From the NCBI GenBank assembly GCA_030390025.1, contig CM059432.1, forward strand, positions 71,548,001 through 71,612,000: 64,000 nt of DNA, read 5' to 3'. Under the pieces are notes generated by a model that saw only the letters and a list, made by a program, of their open reading frames with translations, searched no databases and was not told the origin of the DNA. The number at the start of each line of letters is the position of its first letter. Positions within the stretch are counted from its first letter, which is position 1. The stretch comes from Squalus acanthias. Its lineage: Eukaryota. Shown here one piece after another: positions 50,039 to 61,830 of this stretch. Made by a program: the position numbers and the translations under genes.

Positions 50039-51209
50039 TTTTGACTTTGGGAACTACAACGATAGCTGCTGTCATCATATGTAAAAATCTTAAATAACCT
50101 TTTACTAAGATCTATGACCTTACCTTTAAGAGGGATGTGTGGTCAGTAAGTATTGCAAATTGGTCTGCCAGGAGGAACACTTTTCCCTGGATCATATGGA
50201 CTGTGCAAGAATATCAAATCCTATTGGGTTGTAGCTGGAACTTCTTGTAACTGATGATGAATCCAAGCCTTCGTACTGCATTGACTATTTGTCATACAGC
50301 TACAGTGGCAAATCTCAAGAACAAGGCTCAGACATTTAGGTACAGATTTACTTGGAGACATTGCATCTATTGAAAGGCACTTTGTGAAAGCCCTGGATGC
50401 TGACAAAAGAGCCTTGTACTAACAACTTTGTTCCTTGAAATTTAACTTGAGAAACTTCTGATTGTGTTCCCATATAGTGATATGGAAGTAGGTATCTTTT
50501 AGTCCTATGCTAGATAACCAGTCTCCTGAGCATAATGCCTGGATAATCTGTGGTAGTGTTACCATCCTGAATTTATTGGTTGAGTGTGGGAGCTCCGAAG
50601 AGGATTGTTGTCATAGCAAATATACGCCATTTTTTTTTCAAATCTTTCCCATCAATAGGTGGTCATAATAGCTATTGCTGTACCTCTCATGAGAATGACA
50701 CTAAACACAGCCATGCTAGTCTGTGGAGCAATATATCAAAAGCCATGTATCTTGTTGAGTCTAGGGTGTTTCTTATTACAGTGTAACAGCTTGCACTTCA
50801 CCTTCAATTAGTGTAGCAACAGATTTTGAAAATGCTTCAATCTGTTTTAGCAGCTGCCTAGAGATATGTGCTCTTTTATTGAACAAATCATACTCCATTA
50901 GACTTAGTAGCATGCTATCCTAATCTAATTCGACTGTTGGTGGTAAATTCAATGGCTGAGTACATCCATTTACTTGGATTCTTGGTCAGAAGTCCAGCGG
51001 TGCTTATCTCTTTCGAGGTGGACTTCCTATACAATCAAGTCTGTGACTAGTACACTTGATAAGACTTCCTTTTAATCAAGGTTGATTTTGTACGTTGGTC
51101 TATTTTAAAGTTAGATGTGTTTAATTTGCCCAGATTTTTGCAACCATGGTTCATAGGGATGAGCTATAAGGTTTCCTGTAACAGCTGCCTTCTGAGGATC
51201 TGAAGGAAG

Positions 51210-51540
51210 GAAGCTGCACTCATTCAGGCAAGTGGAGAGTATTCCATCACACTCCTGACTTGTGCCTTGTAGATGGTGGAAAGGCTTTGGGGAGTCAGGA
51301 GGTGAGACACTCACCACAGAATACCTGGCCTCTGACCTGCTCTTGTAGCCACAGTATTTATGTGGTTGGTTTGGTTAAGTTTCTGGTTAATGGTGACCCC
51401 CAGGATGTTGATGTTGGGGGATTCGACGATGGTAATGCCGTTGAATGTCAAGGGGCAGTGGTTAGACTCTCTCTTGTTGGAGATAGTCATTGCCTGGCAT
51501 TTGTGTGGCGTGAATGTTACTTGCCATTTATCAGCCCAAA
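51210..51540 (-). mobile_element. Internal fragment of the 39540-42037 LINE family
   Basis: Reverse complement of ~41220-41550. Confidence 0.85.
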
Positions 51541-51547
51541 CCTACAT

Positions 51548-52203
51548 GTTAACTTTCTGTGATTTATGTACAAGGACACCCAGGTCTCCCTGAATATCAA
51601 CATTTCCCAGTCTCTCATTATTTAAAAAATATTCTGCTTTTCTATTTTTCCTCCCAAAATGGATAACTTCACACTTCTCAACATTTTATTCCATCTGCCA
51701 TGTTTTGCCCACTCACTTAACCTATCTATATCCCTTTGCAGCCCCTTTGCGTCCTCCTCACAGCTTACTTTTCCACCTAACTTTGTATCATCAGCAAACC
51801 TGGATACATTACACTCGGCCCAAGCACTGATCCTTGTGGTACCCCACTAGTTACAGCCTGCCAACCCGCAAATGACCCATTTATTCCTACTCTCTGTTAT
51901 CTGTCCGTTAATCAATCCTCAATCTATCTTAATATATTACCCGTAATCCCATGAGCCCTAATTTTGTGTAATAACCTCTTGTGTGGCACCTTATTGAATG
52001 CTTTTTGAAAATCCAAATATACTACATCCATTGATTCCCCCTTATCTACCCTGCGAGTTACAAACTCAAAAAGCTCTAACAGATTTGTCAAACACGATTT
52101 CTCTTTCTTTTTGACTCTGCCCAATCATGTTATGATATTCTAAGTCCCTGTTACCACGTCTCTAATAATAGATTCTAGCATTTTACCTACTACTGTTGTC
52201 AGG
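51548..52203 (-). mobile_element. CR1 RT fragment
   Basis: KSCLTNLLELFE, YLDFQKAFNKVPH and FADDTK motifs. Confidence 0.88.
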
Positions 52204-52213
52204 AAAGTTGAGT

Positions 52214-52284
52214 AGGCTCAGTGAGACTTGAACTCACCACCCCTGGTTTATGAAACCAGTGCTCTAACCCTTAGTTATGGAGCC
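52214..52284 (-). pseudogene. tRNA-Thr-like pseudogene or SINE head
   Basis: Minus strand GGCTCCATAACTAAGGGTTAGAGCACTGGTTTCATAAACCAGGGGTGGTGAGTTCAAGTCTCACTGAGCCT resembles vertebrate tRNA-Thr. Anticodon stem CTGGT/ACCAG and GTTCAA box present. D-arm and acceptor stem damaged. Confidence 0.65.
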
Positions 52285-54441
52285 ACCTACATATGGTGGA
52301 AAGGGGGGAAGTGGAGCACATAGGATGGGGAACCAAAGGCACAGTTGGAAGAGGAGAGTTTTCAGAAGGTTTTTAAAGCAGGAAAGGATGTAGTACAGCA
52401 TAGGGAACTGAGTAGAGAGTTGCTGAAGGCAGCAGCGCAATGACTGGACAAGCACTCCCAAATGGTGGAGTACAGGGACCGAGGGGCAAGGAGAAGGGTG
52501 GTATTAGAGGAATGCAGGGTTCTCAGGCAGGCAGAGATAACTAAGGTAATGGGATAAAGCAATGATGAGATTAGAAAACAAGGGTGGGAATTTTGAAATA
52601 AACATGCTGAAGCATGGAGGCCAATGGAGCTTGTGGAGGGCCTGCCTGCGGCGAGGGTCACACATTCCTCCCGCAACCCGGGACTTAAAATACTGGCCGG
52701 CATGAATATGGTGTGAAGTTGGAAGGCAGGACACTGCCTCTACTTCAACCACACCTTGTTCTGTTTGGGCATGGGGGTTAGAATCGGCCCTTTTGTTTGT
52801 TTTAATGCAGAGAATATATTGCCTGGGACAGTGCTGGAGAGCATACTGAATGTTAAGATTCCATTTGTGCCTTAGTCCCTTGTAAGCTATTGTTCCTGTT
52901 TATTTGTTTCTCCTTGCTTTATTTGCTTTCTATAAAGGGATTCCCTGTCTCCTAGCAGGGAATGAATTTTGCAGGGAACACATCAATAATGTTTGGTTAA
53001 TCTAACCTAATCCTTGTAGAAAGGCTGGGACTTTGTCCAAAACAAAGGCAGCAAAGTGCTGTTCATTGGAGATAAACAAACTGGCACAATGTTCATATGA
53101 CTCAGGAATATGACACCACATGCAGCATCAGCAATCTGCAATGTCACAAGGGCATTTCCATATGTATTCTCAGAACATGATTTCCTTTGCACCGATAAAG
53201 TTAGGTTAGACTTCTAGGGGGAGAAATTCGGTATAACCCCGTTTGGGGCACTAAGGGGAAAAATTCGGTTGATTAGCGCCTCCCGTTTGCGCCCTAAGAG
53301 CAACTAGCGCCCGTGCGCGGCAATGTTTGCGCAACTCGCAAAATTGACCAGAGATTTTGCGGCGGCGCTAAACTCTATCGCCACGAACTCCTGCGCCCAC
53401 AAATCGTGACGTCAGTCGAGCGTGCAACACCCCTGTGGCGCCCCGGACCGGATATTGAGTGGTGCCCCCTTCCTTTCCGCCTGCTGCTAGCAACGACAGG
53501 GAGAGTGAAAGGTTTTGCAGTCGGGAAGGGGCTCGGGGAGCGCTATTTAAAGGCGGCCTCTTCCTGCCTTTTTTTGTGGGAGACATTTTTGCACCACTCA
53601 CTCTGAGAGAGAGAGAGCGATTCTGAGAGAGAGAGAGAGAGACTTCTGGAGAGATTCAACGCTGTGTGAAGTAGTTTTGGCTACTGAGCAGCACTTTGCA
53701 GGTTCTTTTGGATTTGATCTTCATTGCTTCGATTGTCAAGGGACTATGGGGGCTGCACTGATTCGGGGCGTCGTCCTGCGCCTGCAGAATCAGAGGCATC
53801 AGAGACGCAGAGAGAGAGTGGCAAACATAGCCAGAGAGAGGAGGGCCAACAGGCCTCTGCACAGGAAACCTTACCCTCCCAGGGTAGTCCGGGAACAATT
53901 CTCCTACATTCATTTGTCTGAGGAGCAGTGTTTGCGCAGGCTGCGCTTCAGCAAGGAGGTGGTCACTGAGCTCTGCCACCTGCTGCAGCCAGATCTGCAG
54001 CCTCGACTGAGGATCAGGACGTCTCTGTCGGTGGCAGTGAAGGTCACAGTGGCTCTGAATTTTTATGCCACCGGCTTCTTTCAAGCAGCTACTGGGGACA
54101 TCACCAATATCTCCCAGTTCACGGTCCATTGCTGTATCCGGGAGGTGACAAATGCCCTCTATAAAAGGAGACGCCAGTACATCTCTTTCCCGATGACCCG
54201 GGCCAAACAACATGAACGTGCATTTGACTTTGCAAGGATAGCGGGCTTCCCCATGGTGCAGGGCGCCATTGCCTGCATGCATGTGACATTTTCTGAAACC
54301 GCAAGGGCTACCACTCCTTAAATGTCCAGTTGGTCTGTGACCACAGCCAGCTGATACTCGCCATCAATGCCCGCTATCCTGGCAACAGCCATGATACTTT
54401 CATCCTGCGCCAGACTGGTGTGCCAGACCTTTTCCAAGCAC

Positions 54442-55069
54442 ACTGAGACAACGTATGAACGGACACCGCGCAACAATCGCCAGGCAGGATTGTTACCTCC
54501 CAGTTGGGGAACACTTCAGCAGTCAAGGACATTCAGCCTCGGATCTGCGGGTTAGCGTTCTCCAAGGCGGCCTTCGAGACACACGACAACGCAAAATCAT
54601 CGAGCAGAAACTGATAGCCAAGTTCCGCACCCATGAGAACGGCCTCAACCGGGATCTCGGTTTCATGTCACGCTACAGGACGTGACTAGAGTCGAGGCTA
54701 GAGTCCAGACTAGAGTCGTCGTTGTCTTGTTCACAGATGTGATTTCCAGTTTTAAAAAAAAAGTAAAAAGCTTAACTGCAGACTGCAGCATTTGACACGT
54801 TGGACCCCCTGTGACCCCACCTCATTGTCTTAGCTGTATTCTGCTGTGTCTTTGATGTAATGCCTCCCTGACGGATTGTATCTCTGCAGACACATTGTCC
54901 TCTGTCTATATATGCTTTGTAACTGATTCGTAGTCCCTCACTGTACCTGACGAAGGAGCAGCGCTCCGAAAGCTCATCATTTCAAATAAAACTGTTGGAC
55001 TATAACCTGGTGTTGTGTGACTTCTCATTTTTGTCCACCCCAGTCCAACACCGGCATCTCCGCATCATG
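54442..55069 (+). mobile_element. Penelope-like retroelement 3' fragment (GIY-YIG endonuclease C-terminus and terminal repeat)
   Basis: LRQRMNGHR...VGEHF...GH...RKIIEQKLI.KF.T...GLNRDLG. TATA-like site ~54905, hammerhead motif, AATAAA 54985-54990. Confidence 0.88.
54943..54980 (+). ncRNA. Minimal hammerhead ribozyme motif (stem I degenerate)
   Basis: CUGACGA-A-GGAGC-AGC-GCUCC-GAAA-GC-UC, predicted cleavage after C54975. Confidence 0.7.
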
Positions 55070-55690
55070 GCCACTACCAGGAACATCATTGAGCAGACGA
55101 TCGGCGTGCTCAAGCAACGGTTCCGCTGTCTGGACCACTCAGGAGGAGCCCTGCAGTACTCTCCTGAGCGAGTCTCCCTCTTCATAGTTGTGTGCTGCAT
55201 TCTTCTTAACCTGGCAATCCTCAGGACCCAGCCAATGCCACCAGGCATTGGTGCACCACCGGAGGAGGCGGAGGAGGCGGAAGAGGATGATCAGCAGCAG
55301 CATCAAGGCAGGAGGGAGGCCCACAATGTTGAAACTGCAAGGGCCGTCCATCAATGGCTGATAACAAGCCGCTTCTAGGCCCCTACTGAGAAGATGGCTT
55401 CTGGCATGGAGAACAACATGATGGAAAGCAATCCGCAACCCCTATAGCTGGCCAAGGCAGCAATGATTCCAAAGGCCAAACCTGTGCATTTTGAATACAA
55501 CAACCTTTTTATTTTACAAACTCTGTGTATGTCATTTATTCATGACAAACTAATAGAAACAAACACAACAAATCATTAATTTACATAACTGGTTCTCACA
55601 AGCTGGAGATAATGGCCAAAACACTAAACAAAAGTTATCAGACGAACCTCGGCCTTTAATAAAAACATTCCCAACATTTCTTGAGACCTT

Positions 55691-57506
55691 CTACTTTTTG
55701 CCCTTTGAGGGTGATCTCCATCCCTTGCGCACTTCCGCCCTTCCCACCCTACTGCTCCTCCATAATGGGGCCCCAGTGGCTGCAGCAAAGCTGGCGGAAG
55801 GCTGCTGATTGTCAGATCCTGAGACTACAGATGCCCTTGAAGGACGCCCTCGACCAGCTCTGGGCCTGGAGGGCCCGGCTGCAGACTGCACCAACTCTGT
55901 ATGGGCGGCTGTGTTGCAGGCGGTGGCAAGTGCAATGGGAAGTGACAGTGGTGGGAGCAGGAATGCTGTCATCCTGAGAGAGGACAGCACCTCCCTGCTC
56001 GACCGACACACTGGTGATCCCACGGGGCAGCACCTCAGCATCCGGAGCAATCTGCTCGAGCACAGATTGCTGGCCTGCTGCAGCGCCGTGAGAGCCCCAG
56101 GGCAATGTGGCCGAACCAGCGACGATGACAGCAGTCAGTGCTTGCGTTGCCTCAAACTGAGACTGCATGAGAGCAGTCTGAGATTGGATCACAGCAGCCA
56201 GTAACTGAATTGCAGCACTAAGCAGTTGCGTTGCATCCGCCTGTGCTGCAGCGGACTGCTCCACACTCCTTGCCAGTCCATCAATGCTTTCGGGCACCCT
56301 TCCCATTGCACCCATGAACTCAGTGTGCATGTTCACTGCCTGGGTGTTCATTTCAGCGATGAGCCACTCCTCCTCTGCGTCCAGTGCAGCAGGACTCGCT
56401 GGCCTGCTCTCCCTCCGGGGAGAAGGCCCCCGAGCTTCCCTACCCCCATCGCGTTGCTGCAGCCCGCTGGGTCCCGGAGCTTCACCCTCATCAGACCCTT
56501 CTGCCCTGCTCCCCTCCAGGGAAGACGTGGTCCCTGTGTGGGCATGGGCTTCCTCGGGAGAGGGTGGCACTGAGGTTCTGGCTTCCTCTTCCTCCTCGCC
56601 TGCGACTGCGCTCCCACTGGCTGGTTGAGGGCCCGAGAGTCTCCTCAGCTGGTGAATCACCATCTGAAAGCAGGGAGGTACAAGAGTGGCTTTAGCGTGA
56701 GGACAGGGGGGCAGTAAGGGAGCAAGGTCTGGAGCAATTTAGTCAGTTGGATTGAAAGTGTAAAAGGCTTGTGTTGTGAGGGATAAGTGGAGTGAGAGAG
56801 GAGAGAAAGCTGATGACCTTACCATTGCTGTCCCGAACAGGGTCGGCCTCTTCAGGAGCGACGGGACCAATCACCCGGCTTGCCACAATCCTGTGGACGT
56901 GCGCCTCAAGATCGCTGAGGGGTTGCAGCTGAGGCAGCCCTCCACCCGTCCGTTGCTGCTGCCGCCTGTTATGAAATAGCTTGGCCTGCAAGGAAAAGGA
57001 CGGCGTCTGAGTAAATATGCAGCCATGTGCTTACCTGATGTGCCTCCCATAGTTGAATAGCCCTTAATGTATGCTGCCAGGTGCTTGTCTGATGTGCCTC
57101 CCATAGTTGAACAGCCCTTAATGCATGCAAGGTGTGGAATGTGCGTGTGTGTTTTATGAGATGGCCATAGGTCTTGGATGAGTGTTGGGCATTGGGGTTT
57201 TTACACCCTCTGGCCATAGAGTGAGGTTGAGATGGAGAGATGGAGTGGTATTGAAAAGCAGCCACTCACCCTGACCACCCGAGTGAGGTCGTTGAACTTT
57301 TTCTGACATTGTGTGTGGGTCCTGGGCACCATGCTCCTGGAGGAGACGTGCTGAGCCACCTCCCTCCACACTCTTCTATAGTCGCGGGGCAATGGCCTCC
57401 TGCCACTCTCTGGGTACAGTATTGATCTTTGGTGCTCCACTGCGCCAACCAGAGCCACCAAGGCCCGGTCGCTGAAGCGCTGAGCTTGTTCCCTGGCCCT
57501 CTCCAT
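55691..57506 (-). pseudogene. Myb/SANT partner gene of element 2 (exons 57506-57270, 56985-56823, 56663-55691)
   Basis: GT-AG sites and exon sizes (237, 163 nt) are identical to element 1. 4-bp insertion near 56640 and a deletion near 55935 frameshift exon 3. Confidence 0.85.
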
Positions 57507-58050
57507 ATTCCTTTGCAGCAGCTTTGAGGTTGAGGTCTCTCCAGGCCGAGATTCAAGGCTGCAATGAGCAGGTGGTGGCTGGAGAGCAAGATCGACCCTC
57601 CCCTTTAAGAACTGGCCGGCACCAGTGTGGCTGTGTTCCATTGCTAACTGACATCACCTGAGCTTCGCCCGCGCTCTGAGTTAGCGCTTCGCTCCTCGAA
57701 CTTTGCGCCTTAAGACAGGTGTGCAGTGCCTGGTTTAGCGCTGCAATCACCTCCAGGGACGAAAGAAGCCAAGTTTGTAGTCGGAGGCGATAATTAGCGG
57801 CAGGCGCTAAACTTTGCACCCAGCCGATAATTGCGCCCCAAACGGGGCGATACTGAATTTTTCCCCCTAAAACTTTAAGGGGTAAAAATTCACTTGGTTG
57901 CGCCTCCCGTTAGCGCCTTAAGAGGGCTCTAATGGGGCGTTAAGCCGCTAACGCCCGGGCGCAGCGCTGTTTGCGCCGCTCGAGAACTTAACTTGAGATT
58001 GTGCGGCGGCGCTAAAACTTACCGCTGCGACCACCTGCGCGCGCAGATTG

Positions 58051-58195
58051 TGACGTCATTCCATGGTGCAACGCCCTTGGGGCGCCCCGGAGCGGAAATT
58101 GAGTGGCGCCCCCTGCCTTACCGCCTGGCTCTTCCAACGACCGGAAGACTGGAACGTTATCAATCGGTGTGGGGCTGGGGGGGGCGCTATTTCAA
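58051..58195 (+). promoter_or_regulatory. Putative transposase promoter (CRE, ETS-like, TATA-like)
   Basis: TGACGTCA 58051-58058, CGGAAAT ~58093, TATTTCAA 58188-58195. CRE and TATTTAAA are conserved at 53407/53544, 49321/49458 and 5338/5201. Confidence 0.55.
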
Positions 58196-58389
58196 GGGGG
58201 CCTCTTCCTGTCTTTTTCTGTGGTCGACATTTATGCACCACTCGTTCTGAGAGAGAGAGAGAGATTCGGGGAGAGAGAGAGAGAGACTTCTACATTGACT
58301 CAACGCTTTGTGAGGTAGTTTTGCCTATTCATCCTAACTTTGTTGCTACTTTAGTTGCTGTACCTCATTACTTTTCTGGCAAAGAGAAT

Positions 58390-59550
58390 ATGGGGGCTGC
58401 AATGATTGGGGGCGTCGTCCTGCTCCAGCTGAATCGGAGGATACAGAGACGCAGACAGAGAGTGGCAATGATGGCCAGACGGAGGAGGGCCATCAGGCGC
58501 ATGTACAGGAGAGCTTACCCTCCCAGGGTATATCGTGAACAGCTCTCCTACATCCATATGTCCGAGGAGCTGTGTTTGCGGAGGCTGCGATTCAGCAAGG
58601 AGGTGGTCACTGAGCTCTGCCACCTGCTGCAGCCAGATCTGCAGCCTCAGCTGAGGTCCAGGACGTCTCTGTCGGTGGCAGTGAAGGTCACAGTGGCTTT
58701 GAACTTCTACGCCACTGGCTCATTCCAAGCTGCTGCTGGGGACCTCGCCAATATCTCCCAGTTTGCGGTGCATCGCTGCATCCGTCAGGTCACCAATGCC
58801 CTCTTCAGAAGGAGACGAGACTTCATCTCTTTCCCTATGACCCCAGACAAGCAGCGTGACCGTGCTCTGGGCTTTGCGAGGGTAGCGGGCTTCCCCATGG
58901 TGCAGGGCGCCATTGACTGCACGCATGTGGCTTTGCGTGCTCCGCGAGAGAATGCAGAGGAATTCAGGAACAGGAAGGGGTTCCATTCCTTGAATGTGCA
59001 GTTGGTCTGTGACCACAGACAGGTGATACTCGCTGTCAATGCCCACTATCCGGGCAGCTGCCACGATGCTTTCATCCTGCGCCAGACTACTGTGGCAGAA
59101 GTTTTCGAGGCACCGCATCAGCCAGTTGGTTGGCTTCTGGGGGACAAGGGGTACGCATTGAGCACCTGGCTGATGACACCGCTCCGTACGTCAAACACCC
59201 CTGCTGAGCTGCGGTACAATGAAAGCCATCAAGCAACCAGGAACATTATTGAGCGCACAATCGGCGTGCTGAAACAACGGTTCCGCTGTCTGGACCATTC
59301 CGGAGGAGCCCTGCAGTACTCGCCTGAGCAAGTTTCGAACTTCGTAGTCGTGTGCTGCATGTTGCACAACATGGCAATCCTCAGGACCCAGCCAATGCCA
59401 CCAGGCCTTGTAGCACCACCAGAGGAGGAGGAGGAAGAGGAGGAAGAGGACGAGGACGATGATCATCAGCAGCACCAAGGCGGGAGGGCGGCCCACAATG
59501 GTCAAACTGCAAGGGCCGTCCGTCAACGACTAATAGCAAGGCGCTTCTAG
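58390..59550 (+). CDS. Intact Harbinger DDE transposase (HARBI1-like, 386 aa)
   Basis: Uninterrupted ORF from the conserved ATG (MGAA). HTH region, [35 protein letters not shown], acidic tail. Confidence 0.93.
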   Translation: MGAAMIGGVVLLQLNRRIQRRRQRVAMMARRRRAIRRMYRRAYPPRVYREQLSYIHMSEELCLRRLRFSKEVVTELCHLLQPDLQPQLRSRTSLSVAVKVTVALNFYATGSFQAAAGDLANISQFAVHRCIRQVTNALFRRRRDFISFPMTPDKQRDRALGFARVAGFPMVQGAIDCTHVALRAPRENAEEFRNRKGFHSLNVQLVCDHRQVILAVNAHYPGSCHDAFILRQTTVAEVFEAPHQPVGWLLGDKGYALSTWLMTPLRTSNTPAELRYNESHQATRNIIERTIGVLKQRFRCLDHSGGALQYSPEQVSNFVVVCCMLHNMAILRTQPMPPGLVAPPEEEEEEEEEDEDDDHQQHQGGRAAHNGQTARAVRQRLIARRF

Positions 59551-59844
59551 GGCCCCTGCCATTGCTACAAACACTAATCAACCCAGCACGCAACCCCTAA
59601 GCCGGCCAAGGCACCAATAATTCCAAGCACCAGCCATGTATATTTTGAAAACAGAAACTTATTTATTTTACAAACTCTGTGTGTGTCAATTCCTCATGAC
59701 AAACTCATAGAAATAAACACAAAAAAACAGTCAATAACATAACTGGTTCTCACAACCTGGAGATAATGTCCAAAACACTAAACAAAAGTTGGACCACGAC
59801 CCTCGGCCTTTAATAAAAAAATGACCAGCATTTTGGCACACCTC

Positions 59845-61830
59845 CTACTTTTTGCCCTTCGAGGGTGATCTCCTTCCCTTGCGCACTTCCCCCCTTCCAA
59901 CCCTACTGCTCCTCCGTAATGGGACCTCAGTGGCTGCAGCAAGGCTGGTGGAAGGCTGCTGCTCGTCAGACCCTGACACTGCAGATGCCCCTGAAGGACG
60001 GCCTCGACCACTTCTGGGCCTGGAGGGCCCGGCTGCAGACTGCACCAACTCTGCATGGGCGGCAGCAGTCTGTCCTACAGGCGGTGGCAAGTGCAGTGGA
60101 GAAGTGACAGTGTTGGCAGTAGGAATGCTGTCATCGTGAGAGAGGACAGCAACTCCCTGCTCGCCCGACACACTGGCACTCCCACGGGGCAGCACTTCAG
60201 CATCCGGAGCAATCTGCCGGAGAACAGATTGCTGGCATGCTGCGGCGCGGTGACAGCCCCGGGGACATGTGCACGAACCATCGAGGTTGGCAGCAGTCTG
60301 TGCTCGCGTGGCCTCCATCTGAGTCTGTATGAGAGCAGTCAGAGGTGGGATCACGGCAGCCAGTGACTGAATTGCAGCACTAAGCGTTAGTGTGGCATCC
60401 GCCTGTGCTACAGCGAAGTGCTCCACACTCCTTGCCAGTGACTCAATGCATTCAGGCACCCTTCCCACTGCACCCATGAGCTCAGTTTGCATGCCCACCG
60501 CCTGGCTGTTCATTTCTGCAATCAGCCGCTCCTCCTCTGCGTCCATTGCAGTAGGAGTGTCTGGCATACTCTCCCTCTGGGGAGAAGGCCCCCGTTCTTC
60601 CCTACCCCCCCCCATGGCGTTGCTGCAGCCCACTGGGTCCTGGAGCTTCACCATCATCAGCCCCTTCCCCCCTGCTCCCCTCCGGGGAAGGCGTGTTCCC
60701 AGTGTGGGCATGGGCTTCCTCGGGAGAGGGTGGCACTGATGCTCCGGCTTCCTCTTCCTCCTCAGCTGCAGCATCACTCCCAGTGGCAGCTTGAGGGCCC
60801 GTCTCCTCAGCTGGTGAATCAGCATCTGAAAGCAGGGAGGTACAAGAGTGGCTTTAGCGTGAGGACAGGGTGGCAGTAAGGGAGGAATAAGTGCAGCGAG
60901 TTAGCAAGTTGGATTGAAAGTGTCAAAGGCTGGTATTGTGAGGGACAAGTGGAAGGACAGAGGACAAAAAGGTGATGACCTTACCATTGCTGTCCACAAC
61001 GGGGTCGGCGTCTCCAGTGGCGACGGGACCGATCACCCGGCTTGCCACAATCCTGTGGACGCGCTCCTCCAGATCGCTGAGGGGTTGCAGCTGAAGCCGC
61101 CCTCCACCCGTCCGTTGCTGCTGTCTCCGATTATGAGCCAGCTTAGCCTGCAAGAAAAAGGACAGCATCTGAGTAAATATACAGCCATGGTCTTGCCTGA
61201 TGTGCCTCCCATAGGTGAATAGCCCTTACAATATACAGCCATGGTCTTGCCTGATGTGCCTCCCATAGGTGAATAGCCCTTACAATATACAGCCATGGTC
61301 TTGCCTGATGTGCCTCCCATAGGTGAATAGCCCTTACAATATACAGCCATGGTCTTGCCTGATGTGCCTCCCATAGGTGATTAGCCCTTACAATATACAG
61401 CCATGGTCTTGCCTGATGTGCCTCCCATAGGTGAATAGCCCTTACTGTATGCAAAGTGTAGAATGTGTGTGTGTGTTTGATGAAAGGGCCATAGGTGTTG
61501 GATGAGTGTTGTGCATTGGGGTTTTAAGACCCTCTGGCCATAGAGTGAGGTTGAGATGGAGGGATGGAGAGGTATTGAGAAAAAGCCACTCACCCTGACG
61601 ACCCGAGTGAGGTCGTTGAACTTTTTGCGGCATTGAACATGGGTCCTGGGCACCATGCTCCTGGAGGAGACGCTCTGAGCCACCTCCCTCCACACTCTTC
61701 TGAACTCGCGTGGCAAAGGCCTCCTGCCACTCTCCGGGAACAGCATACATCGTCTGCGCTCCACTGCGTCAACCAGAGCATCCAAGGCCCGCTCGGTGAA
61801 GCGATGAGCGCGTTCTCTCACCCTCTCCAT
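59845..61830 (-). CDS. Myb/SANT (trihelix) partner gene, 3 exons (61830-61594, 61147-60985, 60825-59845); one frameshift in a G9 run
   Basis: MERVRERAHRFTERALDALVDAV...W.EVA...RTHVQCRKKFNDL. Canonical GTGAGT/GTAAG donors and YAG acceptors with compatible phases. The spliced frame hits TAG at 60604-60602. Confidence 0.85.
61177..61446. repeat. Intronic minisatellite, 5 x 54 bp
   Basis: Unit ATATACAGCCATGGTCTTGCCTGATGTGCCTCCCATAGGTGAATAGCCCTTACA, near-perfect. Two diverged units at 57015-57120. Confidence 0.97.

Larger units (their letters stand above)
53746..55378 (+). pseudogene. Harbinger transposase pseudogene
   Basis: Homologous to 58390-59550, but GAIDC>GAIAC, frameshifting deletion near 54290, and a Penelope insertion replacing the GDKGY region. 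Confidence 0.92.
53255..57867 (+). mobile_element. Full-length Harbinger transposon, inactivated ('element 2')
   Basis: TIRs GGGGAAAAATTC / GAATTTTTCCCCC, TSD TAA, two convergent genes. Confidence 0.93.

Noticed and set aside
58063-58389. N-terminal extension of the 495-aa ORF
   Set aside because: It runs through the promoter and (GA)n UTR. Homology with element 2 supports the ATG at 58390.
58390-59550. Domesticated host gene HARBI1 (and NAIF1/MSANTD for the partner)
   Set aside because: Enclosed by TIRs and a TSD with several decayed relatives nearby, so it is a transposon gene and no symbol was assigned.
61033-61454. Repeat-protein ORFs (MGGTSGKTMAVYCKGYSP)n
   Set aside because: By-product of a 54-bp intronic minisatellite.
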